From an uncultured Bdellovibrionales bacterium (GTDB lineage Bacteria; Patescibacteriota; Minisyncoccia; Moranbacterales; GWC2-37-73): a stretch of DNA of 64,000 nt. The stretch's first letter is position 1, and every line of letters starts with the position of its first letter. The position numbers and the translations under genes are program-made. The stretch spans positions 7,010 through 71,009 of the forward strand of contig CAZCMV010000004.1 of the NCBI GenBank assembly GCA_964500125.1, in the 5' to 3' direction. Shown in pieces: positions 52,041 through 60,856 of the stretch. The notes under the pieces were generated by a model. That model had not been told where the DNA came from, did no database searches, and saw only the letters and a program-made list of their open reading frames with translations.

Positions 52041-55000
52041 TTAAATCTTTTTTATACTTATTGAAATATTTTCTCCATCCACCAAAAACTCCTTTTTCAA
52101 ATCTGCGTCATCCATTTTTCCTTCATTTATGGCATCAGCCAACGTTTCTTTAGCAATCAAATCGCCAAATTTTCCAAACACTACCGATGATCCATTATAG
52201 CATATTTGAATGCGATTGTCAACCTCATAACCGGCAGCTTTGCGCATTTCCTGAATGAAGCGAACCACCTCCCGCGCCTGCCCTTCCAGCTTAAGATCCT
52301 TTGTTATTTCAATGTTAAGTGCAATCAAGGCATGTCTTTCATTGATAGAAAATTCTCTTTTATCGTCATTAAGCAAAAGATATTTCTTCCTTTCTAAATC
52401 TCCAACTAGAACAAGATCAAATTCTTCTTTGCTAGTAAATTTTCTAATAAATTTAACATTCAATTCTTCTTTAATAATATCATCAAATTGTTCATTCAAA
52501 TCAACTCTTGTCCATATCAACACCTCTTCCAGCGGTTGTCTCACTTTTATTTTTCCCTGAGCACGCGCAGCGAGACCTTGCGAAACTATATCACGAACTG
52601 TAGCCATATCAACATTTAATTCTGTATCTATCATGTCTTTATCAATTTCAGGAAAATCTGAAAGATGCACAGATTCCTCTCCTGTGAGATTTTTATATAT
52701 ATCCTCCGCCACAAACGGCGTGAAAGGTGCCATCAGCTTAGACAGTGTAACCAGCACGCAATGCAGCGTCACGTATGCCTCATTCTTGTCTGCGTCATTC
52801 TCGCTCTTCCAGAACCTTTTGCGCGATCGGCGAATATACCAATTGGAAAGATTGTCGATATATTTTTCAATCAATTTAGCCGCTGCATATATATCATAAT
52901 TTCCCAGCTTATCATCCACTTCTTTTATAAGCACATTTAATTCCGACAATATCCATTTATCAAGCAAACTTATCACTTTTAACTTTTCACTTTTAACTTG
53001 AAAATTATCAATATTCGCATACATCACAAAAAACGAGTATGAATTCCAAAGCATGCGGAACACGCGATTCATAATATCTTGCATGCCTTTGATATCAAAC
53101 TTCTTCGGCATACCCGGTTGATTTATTGTGAAAAGCATCCAGCGCAGCATATCGGCACCATATTGATCCATCACTTCCATCGGCTCAACCACATTGCCGC
53201 GTGATTTACTCATCTTCTTACCGTGCTTGTCCAAAATATGTGCCAAACAAATAACATTTTTATATGCATTACCTGTCGGCATTTTACCAGCCTTGTTGAG
53301 TAGCGTAGCGATTGCATGCAACGTATAGAACCAGCCGCGTGTTTGATCGATCGCTTCGGAAATATAATCAGCCGGAAACACTAATCCTTTTTCAATCTTC
53401 TCCTTGTCTTCGACGGTTGCATTACTTGGATACAAAAATTGCGCAAGCGGCATTGAACCGCTATCAAACCAAACATCCATCACTTCCGGCGTACGCGTCA
53501 TTTTCCCCCCACATTTTTCACACTTAAACTTAACGTCATCTACAAACGGCTTATGAACATCAAGAGATTCAGAAAACATTTTCTTCACACTTCCATTTGA
53601 AAGATAACCTTTTTCTTTAATCTCATTGTCTCGTAATCCTTCTAGCACGCCAGAAAATATGTGCAAGGGATCTCCATGCGAAACGATAACAATATTTTTG
53701 CCTGAATATTTTTCATTTATTTCTCCAAGAAAAGAACTTAATCTTTTTTTTATGTCAGAAACTGTTTCTGCGCCATATTCATTGCTTTCATTAAAATGAA
53801 CTTCCTTAATAATCCGCCAATTTTCCAATGCCTCACCATTAAATTTACCCATGCCTGTCTCCGTAAGTCTTTCATCAAAAACAATTTTCACTCCCGTATT
53901 TTTCGATATTATTTCTGCAGTCTCTTTTGTTCTTTGCAAAGGAGAAGCGAAAATCAAATCGATTCTTTCCTCACACAATTCACGCGCAACTTTTTCAATC
54001 TGAGCTTTTCCGATTTTGGTTAGCGAATATGCTTTTTTTTCAGGATAGCTGCTTATTATCTTCTGCACATTATTTTCTGATTCGCCATGGCGTACTAAAA
54101 ATAACTTATTGGGATTACCCAGCTGTTCCTTTATTTCCTCAATAGATTCAACAACTTTCAGCTCTCCACACGTGTCACATTCCCAAATAGGCAAAGGCGT
54201 GCCCCAATATCGTTCGCGCGAGATTGCCCAATCCTTAATTCCACGCAGCCATTCTCCAAAGCGCCCTTCTTTGATATATTCCGGCACCCAATTAATATTC
54301 TCGTTATTTTTCACCAATTCATCTGAAAACGCGCTCATGCGGATATACCATGAAGGTTTTGCATAGTAAATAAGCGGCGTGTCGCAGCGCCAGCAATGAG
54401 GATACTCGTGTTCATACACTTCTTCCTTGAAAAACAAATCTCTTTCTTTCAAATCAGTAACGATCAAATCATCCACGGAATAGCGATTTTTGTCATTTTT
54501 CTTTTTAACCTCGATGCCTTTCGTATTTGCTACATCAGCAATCATTTTTCCCTCTTCATCGACGGTGATGAGTGTAGGCAAATCATTTTCCTGAGCTACG
54601 TCGGCATCATCCGCGCCAAATGCCGGCGCAATATGCACAATTCCTGTGCCATCCTCAGTTGTCACAAAACCACCAGCGACGACATAGTGAGTTTTTCTGT
54701 CTACATCATTAGCAGTCTTATATAATGGCTCGTATTCAAGACCAACTAATTTACTCCCCTGGAAATAATCTATATTTTTAAACAATACATTCCCCGTGCC
54801 TTTGTAGTTGACACATGCCCATGAAAAATCATCTTCATGATTAGAAATTGCTCCAAAGCGTATTGGCTCACCAAAAATTTTTATATGCAAATTCGTATCA
54901 TTAGCCAAAATTATCTTATCTCCTTTTTTAAAATTAAACTCGCCAGAATCATTTGCTTCTATCTCCGCTTCAAAATATTGGTTTTTAGCATTAACTGCCA

Positions 55001-55790
55001 ATGCAACGTTTCCAGGCAATGTCCAGGGTGTGGTTGTCCAAGCCAATAAATATGTTCCTGCACTCTCATTCGAGTCATTCGAGTGACCATTTGAGATATT
55101 AGAGTCGCTCCTTACTTTAAATTTAACGTATATTGAGTTGTCCTTTACGGTCTGATACCCTTGCGCGACTTCGTGAGAAGCAAGGGCAGTTCCGCAGCGA
55201 TAGCAATATGGCACCACTTTGTGACCCTTATATAAAACATCTTCACCTTTTTCAGTTTTTAGCTTCGCAATCTGCGCCAAAACCCACCACACCGACTCAA
55301 TGTATTTGTTGTCATAGGTGATGTAAGGATTTTGCAAATCAACCCAATACCCCATGCGCGTGGTCATTTTCTCCCACAAGTCTTTATATTCCCAGACTGA
55401 TTCTTTGCATTTTTTGTTGAATTCAATTACGCTTTGACGCGAATCACCCGGTACGATATTCAAGATGTCATGCTTATGTTTTATTCCTAGAGTTTTTTCA
55501 ACTTGGATTTCTACAGGGAGTCCATGAGTATCCCAACCAGCTTTTCTTTCCACCAAAAATCCTTTCATCGTTTTATAACGAGGAATGATATCCTTGAAAG
55601 CACGCGCTAAAACATGGTGTAGCCCCGGCTTGCCGTTAGCCGTTGGCGGTCCTTCAAAAAACACAAACGGTTTATTGTCACGATTTTTTTCAATCGATTT
55701 TTCAAATATCTTATTTTCATTCCAAAACTTTAAAACCTCTTCCTCCATTTTTGGAAATGATTGCTTCTGATCTACTTTTTTGAATGACAT
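52041..55790 (-). CDS. ileS: Isoleucyl-tRNA synthetase (1249 aa) carrying an inserted histidine-phosphatase (PGAM-like) domain
   Basis: HIGH-type N-terminus (PPTANGKPGLHHVLARAFKD) and KMSKSRGN. Between WECDTCGEL and LDVHKPFVDDVKFKCEKCGG...WFDSGSMP lies about 200 aa with LFLVRHGESENN ... SPLQRTKETAEI ... IVIVSHGDPL (RHG/SHG histidine-phosphatase signature). Confidence 0.9.
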   Translation of the reverse strand: MSFKKVDQKQSFPKMEEEVLKFWNENKIFEKSIEKNRDNKPFVFFEGPPTANGKPGLHHVLARAFKDIIPRYKTMKGFLVERKAGWDTHGLPVEIQVEKTLGIKHKHDILNIVPGDSRQSVIEFNKKCKESVWEYKDLWEKMTTRMGYWVDLQNPYITYDNKYIESVWWVLAQIAKLKTEKGEDVLYKGHKVVPYCYRCGTALASHEVAQGYQTVKDNSIYVKFKVRSDSNISNGHSNDSNESAGTYLLAWTTTPWTLPGNVALAVNAKNQYFEAEIEANDSGEFNFKKGDKIILANDTNLHIKIFGEPIRFGAISNHEDDFSWACVNYKGTGNVLFKNIDYFQGSKLVGLEYEPLYKTANDVDRKTHYVVAGGFVTTEDGTGIVHIAPAFGADDADVAQENDLPTLITVDEEGKMIADVANTKGIEVKKKNDKNRYSVDDLIVTDLKERDLFFKEEVYEHEYPHCWRCDTPLIYYAKPSWYIRMSAFSDELVKNNENINWVPEYIKEGRFGEWLRGIKDWAISRERYWGTPLPIWECDTCGELKVVESIEEIKEQLGNPNKLFLVRHGESENNVQKIISSYPEKKAYSLTKIGKAQIEKVARELCEERIDLIFASPLQRTKETAEIISKNTGVKIVFDERLTETGMGKFNGEALENWRIIKEVHFNESNEYGAETVSDIKKRLSSFLGEINEKYSGKNIVIVSHGDPLHIFSGVLEGLRDNEIKEKGYLSNGSVKKMFSESLDVHKPFVDDVKFKCEKCGGKMTRTPEVMDVWFDSGSMPLAQFLYPSNATVEDKEKIEKGLVFPADYISEAIDQTRGWFYTLHAIATLLNKAGKMPTGNAYKNVICLAHILDKHGKKMSKSRGNVVEPMEVMDQYGADMLRWMLFTINQPGMPKKFDIKGMQDIMNRVFRMLWNSYSFFVMYANIDNFQVKSEKLKVISLLDKWILSELNVLIKEVDDKLGNYDIYAAAKLIEKYIDNLSNWYIRRSRKRFWKSENDADKNEAYVTLHCVLVTLSKLMAPFTPFVAEDIYKNLTGEESVHLSDFPEIDKDMIDTELNVDMATVRDIVSQGLAARAQGKIKVRQPLEEVLIWTRVDLNEQFDDIIKEELNVKFIRKFTSKEEFDLVLVGDLERKKYLLLNDDKREFSINERHALIALNIEITKDLKLEGQAREVVRFIQEMRKAAGYEVDNRIQICYNGSSVVFGKFGDLIAKETLADAINEGKMDDADLKKEFLVDGENISISIKKI

Positions 55791-55794
55791 AATT

Positions 55795-56110
55795 TATATG
55801 TAAATAATAAAAAAACATCCTTAAATCAACATAAGGACGTCAGTCCGCCTTTGCGCAAGCGCTCCGGCGTGATAAAACGTGGTACCACCTTACTTTAGTA
55901 TAATGTATCAAGTATCAAGTATATGTATTATGTATCCAAATACATTATACATTCTACATCATACATCATACCCTTAATTGCCGCTATTACGGGCTTACCC
56001 GACACGTTCTACTGTGACTTGCCGTAGTCCTAACGAATGCGGCTTGTCTTTTCTTCGCGCAGCTCCGGAGTGATAACTCCCTCATCGCTTTTTCCAATGC
56101 TAATAATATA
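55795..56110 (-). promoter_or_regulatory. T-box riboswitch leader upstream of ileS
   Basis: Minus strand contains AAGGTGGTACCACG (plus-strand 55878-55891), matching the T-box consensus AGGGTGGNACCGCG. It is followed by a terminator hairpin and U-run, and preceded by structured stem-I-like sequence containing an AUC. Confidence 0.6.
55808..55836 (-). terminator. Intrinsic terminator at the 3' end of the ileS T-box leader
   Basis: Minus strand reads ACGTCCTTA-TGTTGATT-TAAGGATGT followed by TTTTTTTATTATTT, just upstream of the ileS ATG. Confidence 0.65.
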
Positions 56111-56121
56111 TCACACAGCTC

Positions 56122-56622
56122 CTAAAAATCAAGCTTATCGACGGAATGCATTCCCTTATTAGCATTATAATATTCCCACCCTTTTCGTATATCAATATCT
56201 ATACCTTGGATAAAATCAATTCCACCCAGTGAATTTATCAACTGCCATTTCCATTCCGAAAATTCTTCTTCACTGATTACTGGACTTTTTCCGTTAACAT
56301 ACTCGTTAAAAAAACATACAAACTTAATACCCGGAATGATTTTTTGTTCAAGCTCGGGCGTCTTAATACAATAAGTGTCGAAAACCAAAACTTTCTCAAC
56401 GATAATTCCTAATTCTTCTTTTATCTGACGTTTGACCGCGTCCACAAAACTCTCACCTGCATAAACCTGGCCGCCGCCACATTCCCATTTGCCAGGATAC
56501 AACGCACGATCTTCCCTTCTTTTTGCAATCAATACTTCAATATCGTTTTCCGTCTCACGAAAACAAATTCCTGCCACATGAACTTCGATCAAATGCCGTT
56601 TTTTCTCGCGCATAGCTTTCAA
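56122..56622 (-). CDS. NUDIX-family hydrolase
   Basis: GGGQVYAGESFVDAVKRQIKEELGI fits the Nudix box. Confidence 0.65.
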   Translation of the reverse strand: MKAMREKKRHLIEVHVAGICFRETENDIEVLIAKRREDRALYPGKWECGGGQVYAGESFVDAVKRQIKEELGIIVEKVLVFDTYCIKTPELEQKIIPGIKFVCFFNEYVNGKSPVISEEEFSEWKWQLINSLGGIDFIQGIDIDIRKGWEYYNANKGMHSVDKLDF

Positions 56623-56636
56623 TGAAAATGTTTATT

Positions 56637-57794
56637 TTATTTTTCATATATGGCCAAGGTTTCTCTTGCTGTCTTTTCCCAATCAAATTCCTTCGCTCTT
56701 TCAATGCCCTTTTGTTTCAATGAATCCTTCAGCTGTTCGTCGCTTGCGAATTTTTCCAGCGCACTTGCCATTTCATCTGTGTTTGTCGGGCTAGTAAAAA
56801 ATACCGCACCATCACCGATTTCTTCCAGAGTCGGAATCTTAGAGAGAATAGCCGGCGTTCCGGTTGCAAAAGCTTCCAACACAGTCATACCAAATCCTTC
56901 ATAAAGTGAAGGCATCACAAAGAATTCCGATCCTTGAAACAATGGCACGAGTTCATCACCAACAATATATCCAGTAAAAATAATGTCTTTATCTAAACCA
57001 AGTTCTTTAATTTGATGCTGTAATTGCTGCGCGAGCCATCCTCGCTTGCCAGCCAATACAAGCTGATATTCAAAAACTCCTTCGCTTTTCGCCTTTTGGT
57101 TCTGTTTAAATTTAGCGAATGCCTGAATCAAACGTCCGATATTTTTTGAAGGTTCCAGTGTTCCCAAGAATAGAATATATTTTTTGTTAATACCGAAACG
57201 ATAAAGCATTTTCTTGCTGTCCACACCGAACTGTCCAAAAAAGCGTTTATCTATTCCTCCATAAACCACCTCAATTTTATCATTTTCAGCCTCCAGATAT
57301 TTTTCGAGATCTTTTTTAAGAGCCTGAGAAACAGCTATTATCTTGTCCGCTTTTTTTGACATCAAGCGTGAGGTTACTTTCGATTTGGTCCTTTTTACTG
57401 ATGGATAACATTCAGGAACGGAAAACATTCCCATATCATGGAAGGTCACGATAGTCTTGCCTTTGTAACTTTGTGGGATGCGGCTCATCGGCGACGTTGT
57501 GTGTAAAACATCCAATTTTTCTTTTTGCAAAGTAGCCGCACCCAAAATTTCACTATACACACCCGGAAGATATTTTTTGTAATCGGAATAGGGATAAAAT
57601 TTTATTTTTACGTTCGGCTGGGTAAACTTTTTCACATCTTTCTCTCGCACACGAAAATCAAAGAAAATAACATATTCATTTTTCGTGTCCACCTTAAGCA
57701 AATGACGAATCAGCTGGTAGGTATAGTGCCCTACACCTATCGCATCTCCTTTCTCGGGATTCAATATTGTTCGTGCATCTATTCCTATACGCAT
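56637..57794 (-). CDS. GT4-family glycosyltransferase
   Basis: C-terminus FVMPSLYEGFGMTVLEAFATGTPAI (E-x7-E motif). Confidence 0.8.
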   Translation of the reverse strand: MRIGIDARTILNPEKGDAIGVGHYTYQLIRHLLKVDTKNEYVIFFDFRVREKDVKKFTQPNVKIKFYPYSDYKKYLPGVYSEILGAATLQKEKLDVLHTTSPMSRIPQSYKGKTIVTFHDMGMFSVPECYPSVKRTKSKVTSRLMSKKADKIIAVSQALKKDLEKYLEAENDKIEVVYGGIDKRFFGQFGVDSKKMLYRFGINKKYILFLGTLEPSKNIGRLIQAFAKFKQNQKAKSEGVFEYQLVLAGKRGWLAQQLQHQIKELGLDKDIIFTGYIVGDELVPLFQGSEFFVMPSLYEGFGMTVLEAFATGTPAILSKIPTLEEIGDGAVFFTSPTNTDEMASALEKFASDEQLKDSLKQKGIERAKEFDWEKTARETLAIYEK

Positions 57795-57875
57795 AAAAGT
57801 TCATGTATCTTGTAGAATGTATTATGTATTTTTTGAATTCATACATTATACATACTACATAATACTTGCTACATA

Positions 57876-59489
57876 TTACATCTTATTTGGCGCATCTACT
57901 CCGATTAACCTCAACGTTTCAGCTAAAACGATTTTTGTGGCTTTAACTAGGTATAATCTAGCCTTGGTTAATTCCAGATTTTCTTCATCAATAACCCTGC
58001 ATGAATCATAGAATGAATGGAATTTATCAGCCAGTTTTATCGCGTAATGTGGCAATTTATGAACTTCATAACTATTGGAAACTTCTTCTATCAACTCAGG
58101 AAATTTTTCAAGTTCCCTCATGAGACTTAATTCCTTTTCATGAACCAGTAAAGAAAGGGAATCCGACTCTCCTTGAGTTGGAAGTTGTACTCCCAAATCT
58201 TGAGCCTTCTGCAAGATACTACAAATTCTCGCATGAGCGTATTGCACATAAAACACTGGGTTTTTCTGCGACCTTTCTTTTGCCAATCCCAAATCAAAAT
58301 TCATGTGCGTGTCGGGTGAGTACATCAAGAAAAAAAATCTTGTCACATCATGCCCAATTTCATCAATAAGGTCATCAATATATACTACATTTCCAGCACG
58401 CTTACTCATTCGCACTTCTTTGCCATCTTTCATGAGTCGTACCATTTGCACTATTTCGAAGTGGATTTTTTTATCATCAAAACCCAACGCTTTAGCTGAA
58501 GCTTTGAAACGCTGTATATATCCATGATGATCTGCACCCCAAGCCTCAACTAACTTATCAAAGCCTCGCTCTATTTTATATAATATATATCCGCAGTCTG
58601 AAGCGAAATATGTTTTTTGCCCACCAGACTTTATCAATACACGATCCTTGTCATCTCCAAAATCAGTAGTTTTAAGCCAAACCGCCCCATCCTGCTCGAA
58701 AGTAAGCTTCTTATCTTCTAAAATTTTAATTGCTTTATCTACATAGCCATCTTCATAAAGCATTTTTTCCGAAACCCACTCATCAAACTTAATTTGCATC
58801 TTTTCCGAGATTGTCTTTTCGACAATGTTTTCCATGATGTATGCAGCAGCCTTTTCCCCGACTTCCCTAATGTTTCCAATATCCCCAAACATCTTATTAA
58901 GTTCATCGATATATTTACCTTTATACGCCGCTTCTTCATCTTTCAAAACACTGTGCCCAAGCTTAATTACTTGCTCTCCTGCATTATTTACATAATATTC
59001 GTTTACCACCTCAAACCCCGCTTTTCTCAACATGCGCGTAAGCGAATCACCAAAAAATCCTCCCCGACCATTACCAAGATGAAGTGGCCCTGTAGGATTA
59101 GCAGAAATAAATTCATTATTCACTTTTATTCCTTTGCCAATCTCTAAATTACCAAAAGCATTTTCTTTTTCATTTATTTCGGCAACCTTATTTTGATAAT
59201 ACTTTTTCGACAAATAGAAATTAACATACCCCGGCGTTGCTATTTCAACTTTTTCAAAGTTGAAAGATTTGAGATTTGAGATTTGAGATTTGAGATTTTC
59301 CGCAATTTCCATCGGATTCTTTTTCACCAACCTCGCCAAAACCATCGCAATATTGCTTGTGTAGTCCCCAAATCGCTCATCTTTCGGCCTGTCCACAACT
59401 ATTCCAGGCAACTCAAATTCATCCCAAGATTGGCTTTCTTTGGCTTCCAAAATGGCTTGTTTAAGGTATTTTTCTATTTCTCTTTTCAT
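57876..59489 (-). CDS. argS: Arginyl-tRNA synthetase
   Basis: ANPTGPLHLGNGR (HIGH region). C-terminal anticodon-binding domain ending ...GVDAPNKM. Insertion KSQISNLKSFNF encoded by (CAAATCT)x3 at 59266-59292. Confidence 0.9.
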   Translation of the reverse strand: MKREIEKYLKQAILEAKESQSWDEFELPGIVVDRPKDERFGDYTSNIAMVLARLVKKNPMEIAENLKSQISNLKSFNFEKVEIATPGYVNFYLSKKYYQNKVAEINEKENAFGNLEIGKGIKVNNEFISANPTGPLHLGNGRGGFFGDSLTRMLRKAGFEVVNEYYVNNAGEQVIKLGHSVLKDEEAAYKGKYIDELNKMFGDIGNIREVGEKAAAYIMENIVEKTISEKMQIKFDEWVSEKMLYEDGYVDKAIKILEDKKLTFEQDGAVWLKTTDFGDDKDRVLIKSGGQKTYFASDCGYILYKIERGFDKLVEAWGADHHGYIQRFKASAKALGFDDKKIHFEIVQMVRLMKDGKEVRMSKRAGNVVYIDDLIDEIGHDVTRFFFLMYSPDTHMNFDLGLAKERSQKNPVFYVQYAHARICSILQKAQDLGVQLPTQGESDSLSLLVHEKELSLMRELEKFPELIEEVSNSYEVHKLPHYAIKLADKFHSFYDSCRVIDEENLELTKARLYLVKATKIVLAETLRLIGVDAPNKM

Positions 59490-59532
59490 ATATTCATTAT
59501 ACTAGCACTTTGCTCTTTTGGGCAACTATTTC

Positions 59533-60204
59533 CTAGTAAACTATCACCACAAATTCCCCTTTCACTTTTCCTGGATTTTTTTCAAAATATTCAACTATTT
59601 CCTCAATATCCCCGCGCACGATTTCTTCAAACATCTTAGTCAGCTCACGTCCAATGATAATTCTTTTCTCGTTCGAAATGCTTTTTAGTAATTCCAAATT
59701 CTTAATAACCCGATGCGGAGAATCATAATACATCACCGGCAAATCAAAAGATATAACTTTTTTAAAAAATGTTTCCCGACCTTTTTTGTGCGGAGGAAAA
59801 CCCAAAAAAACGAAATTTTGCATATCAATACCCGCCACACTAACCAAAGCGCCCAACGCGGAAACTCCCGGAATCGGCACAACTCTGATATCATTTTCCA
59901 CAGCTTTTTGCACCAATATATTTCCCGGATCGGAAATTCCCGGCGTACCCGCATCTGTCACCAGAGCGATGTTTTCGCCAGAAACAAGGCGCTTCACCAA
60001 AGACTGTAGTTTTTCACTGTCACTATGCTGATGACAAGAAATACAAGGGGTGTCTATGCTATAATGATTTAGAAGTTTTTTAGTTACCCTCGTATCCTCA
60101 CAAGCAACCACATCGGCTTCTTTCAGGATTCGCAAAGCCCTCAAAGTAATGTCTTCGAGGTTTCCAACAGGAGTAGCCACAATGTATAATAAACCGTTAT
60201 TCAT
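59533..60204 (-). CDS. rsmI: 16S rRNA (cytidine1402-2'-O)-methyltransferase RsmI
   Basis: LYIVATPVGNLEDITLRALRILKEADVVACEDTR; tetrapyrrole-methylase fold. Confidence 0.85.
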   Translation of the reverse strand: MNNGLLYIVATPVGNLEDITLRALRILKEADVVACEDTRVTKKLLNHYSIDTPCISCHQHSDSEKLQSLVKRLVSGENIALVTDAGTPGISDPGNILVQKAVENDIRVVPIPGVSALGALVSVAGIDMQNFVFLGFPPHKKGRETFFKKVISFDLPVMYYDSPHRVIKNLELLKSISNEKRIIIGRELTKMFEEIVRGDIEEIVEYFEKNPGKVKGEFVVIVY

Positions 60205-60213
60205 TATTGAAAA

Positions 60214-60266
60214 GTTAACGAGTTCACGAGTTTTAGTTTCAACCCGTTAACCCTTTAACTCGTTAA
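60214..60266. repeat. Palindromic element GTTAACGAGTT...AACCCGTTAACC...AACTCGTTAATAA in the divergent rsmI / 60281 promoter region
   Basis: Same 10-nt inverted repeat and AACCCGT core as 10988-11030. Confidence 0.6.
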
Positions 60267-60280
60267 TAAATTAATAAAAA

Positions 60281-60742
60281 ATGATTCTAACTACCCACGC
60301 CCTCACCGGTGCCGCACTAGGCAAATATATTCATAATCCAATTTTGCTTGTTATCATGGCGATTGTGATGCACTTTACACTTGATACTTTCCGTCACGGA
60401 GAATATTTGAACCGCCGATCAACTGTAAAAAACACTTGGTGGAAAATAGTTACAGACTTACTTATTGGTAATGGGATTGTTCTTGCATATATATTAATCC
60501 AGCATCCGCCAACTGAAATAATCATTTCAATGCTTTTAGGAACATTCTTTTCCATGTTTCCCGACTTACTCACCGTTTGCTATTGGAAATTACATTTCAA
60601 ATTTTTGGAGAAAATATTCAATTTTCACGCTTGGGTCCACCCATATCCCAAAGGTGATTCCCGCTATGACTGGAAACTGCGTAACGCGGCAAACGACATT
60701 ATCTTCTCAACAATTGCAATTATCATACTTTTCACATTTTAA
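60281..60742 (+). CDS. DUF457/YdjM-like membrane-bound metal-dependent hydrolase
   Basis: N-terminus MILTTHALTGAALG. Four TM segments. 153 aa. Confidence 0.55.
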   Translation: MILTTHALTGAALGKYIHNPILLVIMAIVMHFTLDTFRHGEYLNRRSTVKNTWWKIVTDLLIGNGIVLAYILIQHPPTEIIISMLLGTFFSMFPDLLTVCYWKLHFKFLEKIFNFHAWVHPYPKGDSRYDWKLRNAANDIIFSTIAIIILFTF

Positions 60743-60745
60743 ATC

Positions 60746-60850
60746 CTAAATTACAATTACTAAATCCTAAACAAATCCAAATATCTAAATATAAAATTCA
60801 AAAAGTTTTGGGATTTGGTTATTGAGATTTTTATATTGTTTAGAAATTAA
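60746..60850. repeat. AAATCCTAAA-family palindromic repeat copy between convergent ydjM-like and uvrA
   Basis: AAATCCTAAATTACAATTACTAAATCCTAAACAAATCCAAA ... TTTGGGATTTGGTT. Confidence 0.55.
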
Positions 60851-60856
60851 AAATTT

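Noticed and set aside
53500-54110. Intein in ileS
   Set aside because: The inserted segment lacks the N-terminal Cys/Ser, C-terminal His-Asn and +1 Cys/Ser/Thr splice signatures. It has clear RHG/SHG histidine-phosphatase motifs instead.
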